From: Antechinus flavipes | Taxonomy: Eukaryota | NCBI RefSeq assembly: GCF_016432865.1 | Contig: NC_067403.1 | Span: 256,184,001 to 256,248,000, forward strand | Reading direction: 5' to 3' | Length of the DNA: 64,000 nucleotides | Shown here: in pieces, positions 20,400 through 37,272 of the stretch | Layout: every line of letters starts with the position of its first letter | How positions within the stretch are numbered: the first letter of the stretch is position 1 | Notes under the pieces: generated by a model | What the model saw: only the letters and a program-made list of their open reading frames with translations | What the model was told of the DNA's origin: nothing | Database searches by the model: none | Made by a program: the position numbers and the translations under genes

Positions 20400-21065
20400 C
20401 ACTCCACTGATTCCTTCCACTTTCTTTTCCCCTTATAATGGAAACTGCTCTTCCATTAGTTACTAATGACCCCTTGTGGCCTTTGCCCTCTCATTCTCCT
20501 TGACCTCTGCAGCCTGGACGCTGTTGGTCACTCTCCCTTTGAAACTCTATTCTCTATAGTTTGGGAGGATCACCCCTCCCTCCTCCTCCCTGGTACCTTG
20601 TTCTGTCTGTGGTTAGATCCTCTTCCGGATCACATCTTCCAACCTTAGGCTCCCACTGGGCTTAAAATTAATGGGAGCCCATCTTTCCTCCCCCCATCCC
20701 ACCTTCCCTTCCCCCAGCCTCTCAGGCTTAAAATCCAAGAGGGATCCTGGATCCCCTCCCCCCCCCCCACCATAGATATCCAATGAGGTGATTTTACTTT
20801 TGCCACAGTCTCTCCAATACACCCCCATCTCCAAGAGGGCCCCGCCCCTGGGGCAGACCCCATCACCTCACACCTGGTGTCCCCCCCTTAATTCTGATCC
20901 CTTCCTCTTCCGTGTATATTTTCTCTCTATATAGCTTGTTTGCTTGTTATCCCCCCATTAAACTGTGAGCTCCTTGAGGTCAGGAAGCATCTTTCAGCTC
21001 TTTGCTTAGCCACCGGCTGGCACATAATGAGCACTTGATAAGTGTTTATTTGCTGACTGACTGAC
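20400..21065 (+). mobile_element. LINE-2 (L2) remnant: RT fragment plus 3' end
   Basis: Translates to LILLDLCSLDAVGHSPFETL, resembling the L2 RT motif LILLDLSAAFDTVDH. Ends with a typical L2 tail (TGGCACATAATGAGCACTTGATAAGTGTTTATTTGCTGACTGACTGAC). Confidence 0.7.
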
Positions 21066-21080
21066 TTCACACGAAACCGT

Positions 21081-21634
21081 TTATGGGGTGGCCACATAAG
21101 CCACAGCAGCTGCCGGGGTTTCCTGGACAAACATTCCAGTGTCTTTACAAGGAGGATGAATTCCTGATAAGAGGAACACGGTTTCTTTCCACAGGTCTCC
21201 GGGGTCACATAATTGCAGGTTTGGGAGACAACATCTATGATGATGAAGTTCCCCGCAGTGACCTTGTAGCCCTTAGCAGAATCTAGAGGATCAGGCTTGT
21301 TCCAAAGAGCAGCCGAGGTAACGCCAGCCCCCGGAGGGGCAGAGATTAGGAAAAACAGGACGGGGTCCTGAGGCTCGGGGCTTTGCAGGGCACTGTGTAA
21401 AGTTTGGTTCTCTGGTTCTCCCAGTGGCCATCCCTCCCAGAATAGGATCATGGACTACTCTGGCCAGTACGTAGGTCACTCGAGGACCAGGACAAAAGCC
21501 TTGACCAGATCAGGGATTATCTTCAGAATCTCATCAGTCAAGTTCCTGAGAAGTTTATGATCTCAGAATTTTTCATAGAAAGGAAGAAGAAATATCTCCG
21601 AGGACTTCATCTACTGGATTAGCTCGATGCCAAG
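21081..21634 (-). pseudogene. RPS2: Processed pseudogene (retrocopy) of 40S ribosomal protein S2, 5'-truncated and decayed
   Basis: Colinear, intronless, frameshifted peptide blocks on the minus strand: KSSEIFL, DEILKIIP, KAFV, TVPCK, LISAPPGAGVTSA, GNF, DLWKETVF, SYQEF, LVKT, VAT-stop. These match recalled RPS2 blocks KSLEEIYL, DEVLKIMP, KAFV, HTVPCK, LIPAPRGTGIVSA, LGNF, DLWKETVF, PYQEF, LVKT, VATT. Confidence 0.88.
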
Positions 21635-22599
21635 AATATTCTGGGTTCATGAGGAATAGAAACTTCAACTTAGAATCCCAAGTGACGTATCTGGGCACTG
21701 AGATGTTTTAGTGATTTCTCAGGATTGGCCGGGACTTAGCGACACTAAGCTTGATTCACTCCTCAGAAAGCCCCAGTGGCTCCTTGTTGCCCTGATGTCA
21801 AGTATCAGTTCCCCTGTGTAGCATTTCAAGCACTTCCCAAGTTCACCTCATCCAACCTCTCTAGCCTCTCTGCGAAGGACTTCTCTCCTGGCACTAGAGG
21901 TCAACATCTGAGTCTTCTTCCTCCCCCTCACGGAGGATGCTCATGTCATTGCTGAACCCCATGCTCCTCTGCCTCATTTCTGGCTTTTAAAATTCTGAAT
22001 TTAGTGTGTGTGAGAGAGAAATGGTGAGAGAAAACTTCCATATACAGAGTAGGATAGAAAAAAAGTTGTATATGGATTCATGACGATAGCTTACCATTAG
22101 AAAAATCCATAATTTTACCAGAATACTTTCCAAGCTGTCCTGCTCCTCCATGTTTCATTCTATTCCCTTCTGTGCATTTTCCACATTACTTTAGTGACCT
22201 TCTTTACTTTCTGTTCTTTTGGGGGCAGTAGCTGCCCCAAATAAAACAAGACAAAAACAACTCAATCTTTGGACCGATTAACCATGGCCTATTTCCAGGC
22301 CTCGTCTTGCTCCGCACCATGGGAAAGTTATCACTTCTGACAGGCGATGGACAGCCCACTTTCTCATTGGCTCTCTGGACTTGTGACGTTCCTGGAGTTG
22401 ATCAGTGTCCTTAATCCTTCAAAGGGGGTTTTCTCCATAGTCAAACCCTGGGTTTTCTTGGAGGCTCAGCTTCAGCACCCAGGGCTTTTCCTCAAGAGTA
22501 ACTTGAATGTGTTTTGTGTGGTTTTCCTCATGTTGGAATACTCTGGAAGCTCAGGGTGATGTGGTAACCCAAAAGCCAGAGCTTTCCTTGGCTGCATGA

Positions 22600-22950
22600 A
22601 GAGGGGTCAAACTCTCAGGACTACAGAGGTGACCATCTCTGTTTTCTGCTCTGGTCATCTGGAGGAGTGTCCTCAGTTCCGGCGTCACGCTATCAGACGG
22701 GCATTGATAAGCTGGAGAGCACACAGAGAAGGGCAGTCAAAGGCCTGCAGTGATGCTACGTGGAATCAGTTGAAGGCACTGGGGGCATTTAGACTGCAGA
22801 AGAGAAGTCTGGGGGATGTGATTGCTATGTTCAGAGTTAAAACTAGAAGGGAGGTAAGGTGAGAAGAAACAGTTTCAAAGAGGCAGATTTAGGCTGGTTA
22901 TTAGGGAAAAACTTCTGGACAATCAGAGGCATCCCGGAGGTCTGCCTGCC
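22600..22950 (+). mobile_element. L3/CR1 LINE ORF2 3' fragment
   Basis: QLKALGAFRLQKRSLGDVIAMFR resembles the CR1 C-terminal motif [24 protein letters not shown]; a CR1-like 3' tail follows. Confidence 0.7.
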
Positions 22951-22969
22951 TCAAGTCTGTCCCCACTCC

Positions 22970-23945
22970 GGTCCATTCTCTTCTATTCAGCGACTAAGGA
23001 GCTTTTCCTAAAAAGCAGATCCTACCATGTCCTTCCCTACTTGGTGAACTCCAGTGGTTCTCCAATATCAAAAGCACATTACCGTTTGGTATTCCAAGCC
23101 CCCTTCTGCCTTTCCAGTCTTCTTATACCTCACTATCTCACTTGTACTCTTTGATCTGGAGACACTGGCCTTTGTGGTGCTCTCAACAAGCCCATTCAAC
23201 TCTGGGATGTGGGCATTTCCTCAGGCCGCCTCCCATGCCTGGAACATCGTTCCTCCTCATCTCTGACTACTGGCTTCCTTAACTTCCTGTATGTCCCCAA
23301 CTAAAGGCCTATTTTCCATAGGAAGCTTTTTTCTTTCTCTCTTACTTCTAGTGCTTTTCTTCTATTTAATTACTTCCTCTTTTTCCTGCTTACATACCAT
23401 GTTTGTACACAGCTGTTTGTCTGTTGAGGAAACCCCATTAGATTGTGAGCTTCCTGAGGGTCCTTTTGCCTTCTGTATCCCCAGCACTTATCACAGTGCC
23501 AGCTGTTACGCCCCTATGGACCACTCTAACCTGGTCCTCTTTGAGCTACTCTTAATACCCATCCATCGACGGCACGGCTAGGCCGTACTTACCCGTCTTC
23601 GGGCACCAACCCGGATCCCACAGAGACAGACCACCAGGAGGTAGGGGGTGAACAAAAGAGAACTTTATTCTTAGTTAGCATATATTTATATCCCCTTGAG
23701 GATCCGGGGGAAGGGGAGGTCATAATGGAATTGGCCAGAGAAGGAGGAAGACATGGTACCTGGGGGTCAGACACTACCCCCTGGGACTATGCCCCACCTC
23801 CACGTAGGACTCGCCTGCGCCTCAGAACCTCCCGTCCCTCAGGTCCTCCCACATGCCTTGAGTTGCATTCCTTGCTCCCAGAGGCTTTTTAACCCTTTAA
23901 CAGGCACACAGTAGGTGCTTAATAAATGTTTATTGACTGAGAACT
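22970..23945 (+). mobile_element. L2 3' fragment interrupted by a solo LTR
   Basis: The L2 tail CCCAGCACTTATCACAGTGCC...GGCACACAGTAGGTGCTTAATAAATGTTTATTGACTGA is split at 23504-23902. Confidence 0.7.
23504..23902 (-). mobile_element. Solo ERV LTR, about 400 bp
   Basis: TGTTA...TAACA termini; interrupts an L2 tail; minus-strand TATAAATA 23683-23690 and AATAAA 23664-23669. No clean target-site duplication found. Confidence 0.72.
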
Positions 23946-24369
23946 GAGAAGGAACTTAGAACAAAGACTATCAGAGCTAGAAATGACCTTAGAGGATAGG
24001 ACTTGAATTGTCAAAGCTCTGAATTCTCGACATTAACACACAGAACACAGAATCTGTTCATCAGGTGAGATGGTTCTGAGAACATGGAATGTTGGAAACT
24101 GAAGGGAACTTATCTCAAGCATGGATAGACATAGACTGTTAGTGTGTGAGAACAATGTGTATCAGAAAGTACCTTTGAATAAAGGACATTTGAAGAAAGA
24201 ATATTATGACCTTAGAGAGACCCTAGAGCATAGCATGTCAGGGCTGGCTTGGCCCTTAGAGCCCAGAACTGCCAAGACGGATGGAACATTAGAGCATCCA
24301 ACAGAGTGGCAAAGCTACCAAGGATCACAAACCAGAGAAGCTAGCTAACAGTGAGGCTGTTAGCTGAGG

Positions 24370-24500
24370 GTGACCTTGGGGCCGCTTGCTATAGTGGAAG
24401 AAGCATAAGTTGGGAACTTCAAGGACATGGATTCAAATTCTGCCTCAGACCTGAGACTTAACTTCCCTAGACTTCAATTTCCTCCTTAATAAAATGGCGG
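24370..24500 (+). mobile_element. MIR-family SINE fragment
   Basis: GGATTCAAATTCTGCCTC followed by the MIR core CTTCAATTTCCTCCTTAATAAAATGG. Confidence 0.55.
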
Positions 24501-26000
24501 AGGGGGTGCCCTGGTCTCCAGGGTCACTTAATTGCAGCCTAATTGTTAGGCCACCTGATTTCTGAGGCCCCGATTTAGCTCCAGGTCTATGATCCCAGGA
24601 GGATACCGAATGTCTGACTTGGGAGAGGTCAAAGCTCATATGAGTCTTGGAACATCAGTTGTGAGAGTTTATGTCGCACGGTATCGAAGAGCGGCCCTGG
24701 GAGAAAACTGAGAACGCAGACTGTCAGAAGTGGAAGCACTTAGAACACAGAGGACAAAGATGTCAAGTCAGGAGCTTTCAAAGACAGGCTACAGACTCTT
24801 ACTACTGAGAGTCTGTCAAGCGTTTATTAGTCTGCACCTGTTTGCCAGACACTGTGGTAAGTGCTGGGGGTACAAAGAAAGTCCCTGACCTCAAGGAACC
24901 CCCGGGCTGATTGCAGAGACAAAATATAAACAGCTTTGTACAAATAGCCGACTGTAAATGAATGGAAGGTGTCCCACTGGATTTAAAGGATCCAGGAAAC
25001 GCTTCTTGCAGAAAGATGGGGATGAAGGGGAAGTGATCATGCTCTCTTCCTCTGGTCTTGGCAAATGTTGCTGGACAGTAGAAAACAGAATAGAGAATGT
25101 TAAAGTTTGGAGAGGCCTGAAAACATAAAACACGATTGGGCACAGAACACAGAGATGGAGGGCACCTCCGAGTCAGTCAGTCTGCTCTGCGCCTGGCATC
25201 TTGTGGGCACTGGAGATGAAAGACAAAAACCAAATTCTTTGCCCTCAGGGATCTGCCATTCCATCAGGGAAGTGATGCCGGTTGTGGTCCCTTTAAGAAA
25301 CTAGATTGATTTATTCCTTTCTGATTCCCAATCCCATAATATCAATCCAGGAAGCCAGGACTTTTGATTCACAAATCCTGGTCAAAAGAACCTCTTTGAA
25401 TTCCAATAGAAGATCTGGGCCTGTTCCCAGTCCCCACCTGGATCTGAGCCTGTGGTGTTCTCTTCTTTAAAATATAATAGTTCTCTCTGGGAGCAGGTTT
25501 CTTGGGGAGGTTTTCTGAAGGCAGCCTTGGTTTCAGTTGAAAATAGTAATTACTTCAAATGCAGCCGGGTGTTAAAAGTTCAGATCTTTTATTGCTGCCT
25601 CCAAAATAGCCAGGTTAGTTTTTCTTAGAGGCCTATCTTTCTGCTTGCTTCCGAGAGCTCTTGCAGTTGTCATTTGCCTCTGCTTTCTTCAGCATCCAAC
25701 CAGCATAAAGGTGGAAGATGGAATGAATCTCTCTTGCCTCCGAGAGAGGCCTTTTCTCCCAGAGTGCTCCGTGTCTGTCCCAGAATGCCTCAGTGTCTGT
25801 CCCAAAGTGCTCTCTGGCCCTAAGAGCTTCTTTCTTAGATGAGCTCTCTAAAGGTGTGAACACAAACATTGTTTCTATCACTTTCACTTAGTACCTTGTT
25901 TCTTCTGGCCCATAACATCTCCTTGTAAGATCAGATCAATCCTACTGAACCGTGCTAAATTAGAGAATTATTGTCTCTATCAACTAACAACTTAACACTT

Positions 26001-26498
26001 TGTAAGGATTTGCAACATGAACCGATTTGGGCTGTCCCAGCCCCCATTCTAATGATCTGCTTAGGTTTCCCAATCCCCACCCAGAAAACTCTAGCCCTCA
26101 CTGGGGAGGAGCCAACTTGGGACTCCACCCTCAGGCCCCTTTAGCTAAATCTCTCCTTATAAAAGAGCCAAGCTGGAGCCAAGCCTGGCACTAAGGATTC
26201 TGCCCACTGGAATCCTGTTTCCAGTGTCCTCATCTCTTTATCCTCACCTATTTTCTTAACTAGACTTGAACCTGACTTCCAAACCCCATAATAAACCTCT
26301 TATCAATCTAGGTTTTCGGGCCTGTAAATTCCTTTACAGAGGACTCTCGCACTGTTCCTAGACCTCATTTAACTCCATATCCTTGCGCCAAATTCAAAGG
26401 GGCTGCAGGGGAGCTCTGTCTCCCTGTACCCCGAACCTGCCACTAGACCTGAATTAAACCCTAATTTCATTTGAGTACTCCATATCTAGACCTCACCA
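26001..26498 (+). mobile_element. Solo ERV LTR A (5' end may extend to about 25924)
   Basis: TGTAAG...CA termini; TATAAAA 26158-26164; AATAAA 26290-26295; several blocks homologous to the LTR at 26800-27603. Confidence 0.7.
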
Positions 26499-26799
26499 GA
26501 AGGACCCACACAGGTGCGTATGGTGACATCTCCACTGTGGCCTGGTCGGGAACGTAAGAACGGTAAGAACGGTTCTAAGAGCATTGAACCCAGAATTTCA
26601 GTATGGAAGGGGAAGAGATGTCAGAACTGAGAGCTAGCTTAGAATACAGAATATCAGAGCTAGGAAGGGCCTGGATTATAGATTGGGAGAGGTCAGAACG
26701 ATCCGAGAATTCCCTCAAAAGCAGAGACCCCGGAAGTGATGGGAATTGGCTCCGGTTACATGGAAGCTCTGAGTCTCTGCAGGATTGATTTCTCACATC

Positions 26800-27603
26800 T
26801 GTAGAGAGCGGGAACTCTGGAGAAGTCTATTTGAAACAAGGTTAACCCAGTGGAATCGATGAGATGATGGGTCTCTAGTTCATACATACTTAGTACTTAG
26901 TATGGCAATGCAATGGTTCTCTGAGTTCACACAAAATCAGTTTGCTGTAATGATAGAATTGAAGAGGGGTCCCCGAAACTCTAAAAATCCTTAAAGGAGA
27001 AAATCTCCTCGGCCTCGGCCTCAGTGAGGGACCCGCAGAGGGACAAACAGTCCCATGCTTGTTATCTGGGTGGGGTCGCTCAGTCCTGAAACTCATTGAA
27101 TTCAATTCAAATTCCAGCTCAAGCTGAAACCCAGCAGCCAACTTGGGACTCCACCCACGAGTTCCCTTCAGCTAAAGCTCCCTTATAAAAGAGCCAAACT
27201 AAAACCCTCTCTTTGCAGAGGTTCCCAACATGCCACGCTATGCCAAGGAAACCTCTGCCTGCTGGAATAATATCCTTTTCCAGGGCCACCCTCGCTTTAT
27301 CTCACCTATTTCCCTAACCAGACTTTGTGTCTCTGTCAGGATTTCTAACCTTCCTTCAAATCCCCATAATAAACCTTTTTTTTTTTTTTTAAATCAATCT
27401 AGGTCTTCGGGTCTGTAAATTCCTTTCTATGGAACCAAAGGGGGTTCCCCCAAACTTGCCCCGAATCCCAAGGGGGTGTAGGGGAGTCAAACCTCTCCAT
27501 TTGGTTCCCTGAACCCCGAACCTGCCACTAGACCTTATCATTTAACTCCCTGGCCACCAGGAACCTTAATCTCATTTGGGTTCCCTAAGTCTAAACCTTA
27601 TCA
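26800..27603 (+). mobile_element. Solo ERV LTR B, related to LTR A
   Basis: TGTA...TCA termini; TATAAAA 27184-27190; AATAAA 27368-27373. Shares AGCCAACTTGGGACTCCACCC, ATCAATCTAGGT, CTGTAAATTCCTTT and CCCCGAACCTGCCACTAGACCT with LTR A. Confidence 0.7.
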
Positions 27604-28249
27604 TAATTAATCATAGTAACAAGTGAGGTATATAAGGGCTAAGAAGGACTGGAAGAGAGACGTTCTATCTTTGACCAGCCTGGTAGCGGCTCTCGTGCCT
27701 CCTGCACTGAGGAGGAGACTGGGTCTGACTGACAGAAAGCCAGCCCCAACATTACACACATCCCCTCGCAAAAGCATCTGCTGAGACGCTTCCTGCTCCT
27801 AAGGAACTCACCATCCATTTCCTTGTTTTGTTTCAAATGTCAAAGTGATGACCAGTTGCCTTAAAAAATCAAAAGGACATTTGTTTGGGGGAAATGCTTG
27901 TGTTTACTGTGAAGGACGAGGGTGGAACTCCCGTGACTGATGAACACAGTTCATTCTGTGATGGAAATGGGCCCCCTGCACGGATCTCTCCCGTCAGTCT
28001 TTGCTCCCACCAGTTTGGGTAAACTAAAAACCAATCAATCCGAGACGCTGTCCGTTTCCCCAGAGCAGTTTGCCTGTCTCTGGGGACTCCTCACACGCAC
28101 GGAGGCCATGGCAGAACCGGGGGGAGGGGATGGTGGGCATTCCAACCCCCCGACTGAGGCGCCATTGTTGTTCGGTGTCTGAGGGCTCCGGGCAGCCCGG
28201 TGTAGACTGCGGCCCGGCCACGCCTGAAGCTCGCCAAGCACTGCACAAA

Positions 28250-28545
28250 ACGTTTTATTTGTCCTTCACAACATGCGCGCTGTTCTGAGCCCCATTCTAC
28301 ACAAAGGGCGCGGAGGCAGTCAGGGATGGAGGGAATTGCCCAGAGCCACACAGGCAGCATTCGAACTCGGCACTTCCCAGTTCCTCAAGGTACAGAGGAA
28401 GCAGTGGGAAAAGACCGCGGCGCCCGGCCCGACCCATCCCCCCACGTTTTACAGAGAGGGAAACTGAAACCCAGGCTGGCGAGTGTCTAGTCCAGGGTCA
28501 CAAAACCTGCACGCAAGGGAGACAGGATTCGAACCAAGGGCACGA
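28250..28545 (-). mobile_element. Two MIR-family SINE fragments
   Basis: CCCATTCTACACA...GGAGGC and CACGTTTTACAGAGAGGGAAACTGAAACCCAG, each followed by GGATTCGAA/ATTCGAACTC, typical of reversed MIR. Confidence 0.55.
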
Positions 28546-28599
28546 TTGACAGTCAGGGGCGGTGCTCTGCAAGGCGGGGCTCCGGGTTCCCAGCAGGGA

Positions 28600-28994
28600 A
28601 ACTCCAGGGCCCCATCAGAACAACAACAACCGCATCACGTGGTCGCGTGCAGCCACGTGATCCCGACGCGCTCCAACTACGTCACATGAAGGACCCCGCT
28701 CTCTTCCAACCAGAGGGCGAGGCTCAAGGTCTCGTCCCGCCCCGGATCCGGCCTGGGGCCCCGAGGTTGTTGCTACGCTGCCTGCCCTCCTGGAGGCCGA
28801 GTGCTCCTGAAAGTGAGCCGGGCTCGCCGCCCGTGCCGTGTACTTGGTCGGGGACTCCTTCCCCCTCCCGGCTCTCTCCGCCCGGAAGCCTCTTTACTCC
28901 TACACTCCTAGAGCTGGCATCGGGGAGGTGCCGGTACGCCGGACGTGACGTCACCCCACGGGGCCGGAAGCGACTCCTGAGGGAGGGAGGGAAG
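28600..28994 (+). promoter_or_regulatory. KAT5 CpG-island promoter
   Basis: CACGTG at 28636 and 28654, full CRE TGACGTCA 28946-28953, and ETS CCGGAAG near 28964, directly upstream of the ATG. Confidence 0.75.
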
Positions 28995-35129
<6,135 letters not shown>

Positions 35130-35372
35130 CCTCGGCCTTGCCCTTGCCAGGCCTGCCCGTCGGGCCTCTTGTGCCTCCTGGGCCGGGAAGGGCCTTGGGG
35201 GGCCCGGGCCGGAGCGCCGGGGCTGCGCCTGTGCTGCGCCTGTGCTGCCTCAGGCGGGCCCGTGTACAGAATGTGGGGCAGCTGTGTATAGTGTCGGGGG
35301 GAGGCGGGCTGGGCGTGTACAGTGGTTTTGTAAGGTGGGAGCTGGGGGGGACCCCTGCCCTGCTTCATGGGC

Positions 35373-35378
35373 AATAAA
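35373..35378 (+). terminator. KAT5 polyadenylation signal AATAAA
   Basis: AATAAA about 245 nt after the stop codon. Confidence 0.8.
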
Positions 35379-35468
35379 GTGTTTCTACGGACCCCGGGCC
35401 TTCCTGCTTAGGACCAGGAAGGAGGACTCAGAACCTGGGGCTTCACTCCCACACAGTTTCCAGACTCT

Positions 35469-35474
35469 TTTATT
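35469..35474 (-). terminator. RNASEH2C proximal polyadenylation signal AATAAA
   Basis: TTTATT on the + strand about 45 nt downstream of the RNASEH2C stop. Confidence 0.7.
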
Positions 35475-35519
35475 GTCGGGGGGATGGGGGGCAACACTTT
35501 GTGGTTCAGAGCTGCCGCC

Positions 35520-37272
35520 TCAGTCGTCATCCTCAGCCACGGGCGCATGGATCTAGAGGGGAGAGATAGCTACAGGCCCGGGCCTGGTGCCGTGACCCCC
35601 CCCCCCCCCATGGACTGCCCTCGGGCCTGCCCTGTCCTGCCCACCCCCAGGCCTTTCCTGAAACTTCTTGCCCCCCCCCCCTTCTCCCCCTGCATTTCCC
35701 CTTCACCGGTTTTCCTGCAGAGGGGTGGGAACTGGACTGAGACATTTACACACAACACCCCCCCCCCTCCCCCCAGTACAGACAGAGTCTCCCCAGGTAG
35801 GAGGGGCAACGAGATGGGGATCCCCAGGCAGGGCACTCACAGCAGCGGCCAGGCTGGGCCAGCTCAGGGCTCCGTGCATCCGGGCATCTGGCCCCGGGGG
35901 GGTCTCCAGGCCCCAAAGGGTAAAGTGGCCAAAGGTGCCGATGGCCCGGACGGTCCGATCCTAAGGAATGAGCAGTCATGCTGGCATGCGGCCAGACCCT
36001 GCCTTCCAGCCCCCACCAGATGCCCTGCGCCCATTCCGGGCGCCCCCTCCCAAATGCCCACTCACCTCGGACCCCTCGGCCTTGTCCTCCTCCCGAAGCA
36101 CCAGCCCCACGTGGCCAGCCGGCAGGGTCACCTCTTCTCCCTGCAGGCTGCGGCCCCTGAAGGACACTGTGGGCCCTGGGACAAGGGGACACAGCGGGTC
36201 AGGGCCACCCCTGTAACGGCCCCAGACTTGAGGGGAAGTAATCCTACTCAGTGACTCGGACTTTCTGTGAAATGGGCCACCGAGCCCTCCTTCCTGCGGG
36301 CGCCCTCCCTCCCTCCTGCGGGCGCCCTCCCTCCCTCCTGCGGGCGCCCTCCTTCCCTCCTGCGGGCGCCCTCCCTCCCTCCTGCGGGCGCCCTCCCTCC
36401 CTCCTGCGGGCGCCCTCCCTCCCTCCTGCAGGAGCCCTCCCTCCCTCCTGCGGGCGCCCTCCCTCCTGCAGGAGCCCTCCCTCCCTCCTGCGGGTGCCCT
36501 CCCTCCTGCGGGCGCCCTCCCTCCTGCAGGAGCCCTCCCTCCCTCCTGCGGGCGCCCTCTCCTGAAGGGCTGCCCCACCAGGGGGACCCAGACCCGAGGC
36601 TCAGTGGAGGCAGCAGCAGGCTGTGGGAAGAGTACGCTCAAAGCCAAAGGGCTCGATGCAAATCCCGGCTGTCCTAAGGGCAGGGGCCCCGGGCAGTCAC
36701 TTGGGGGGGGGGGGGAGACACGCACTTTCTCCATGGGGAAGATGAGAGGGCGAGGCTTGGCGGCCTGAGGTCCGCTGGGACTCCTAAAGGCTCTCACACA
36801 GCAAGTGCTTAAGTGCACGTTTGAATAAATGGGCAACCAAATAGTCATCTTTCCACCACCTTGGCGGGAGGAGCGCGGGCTCAGTTCCTCCTCTGCCCCT
36901 CCCCTCCCCTCTCAGCAGCAAACCGCAAGTTGCACTCCCCAAGTCTGACTTCATTTCTGGGCGGGCCTCGCGGCGCGTGCGCACACGGAGAACAATGACT
37001 TTTTAAAGAGCCTTTCCCCCTCACACCCCCCCCCCGTTACCCCGAGACCTGACGGGAATTGTAGTCCATTCCCACCCGGCCCCGGCGCGCATGCTCCTGG
37101 CACCTGAAGGCCCCGGCCGAATGGCCGGGCTGAAGAAGCGACTGACGGCGGCGGGTCCGTCGTGCTGGATCTCGCAGGGGAGAAGGTGCAGCGCAGTTGG
37201 CGTCGCGGCGCGCACGGAGCTCGGCTGCAGCCGAATGAGGCCCGGGAGCGCGGGGGCTGCGCCGTCTGGCAT
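35520..37272 (-). CDS. RNASEH2C: Ribonuclease H2 subunit C; 4 coding exons, 143 aa
   Basis: Exons (minus strand): 37104-37272, 36066-36175, 35841-35960, 35520-35552. Motifs: [50 protein letters not shown]. An upstream in-frame ATG at 37356 is a possible but less likely start. Confidence 0.95.
36281..36562. repeat. Minisatellite in RNASEH2C intron 1, 18-22 bp unit (CCTGCGGGCGCCCTCCCTCCCT), about 13 copies
   Basis: Tandem units are directly visible; the minus strand carries GGGAGGGAGGG runs. Confidence 0.92.

Noticed and set aside
21083-21286. Plausible-looking 67-aa plus-strand ORF
   Set aside because: It is the antisense reading of the RPS2 retrocopy. I first considered a CR1 endonuclease, but the RPS2 match is far more extensive.
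26499-26799. Possible proviral interior between the two LTRs
   Set aside because: Only about 300 bp, with no recognisable primer-binding site, polypurine tract or gag/pol, and the LTRs are too different to be a pair.
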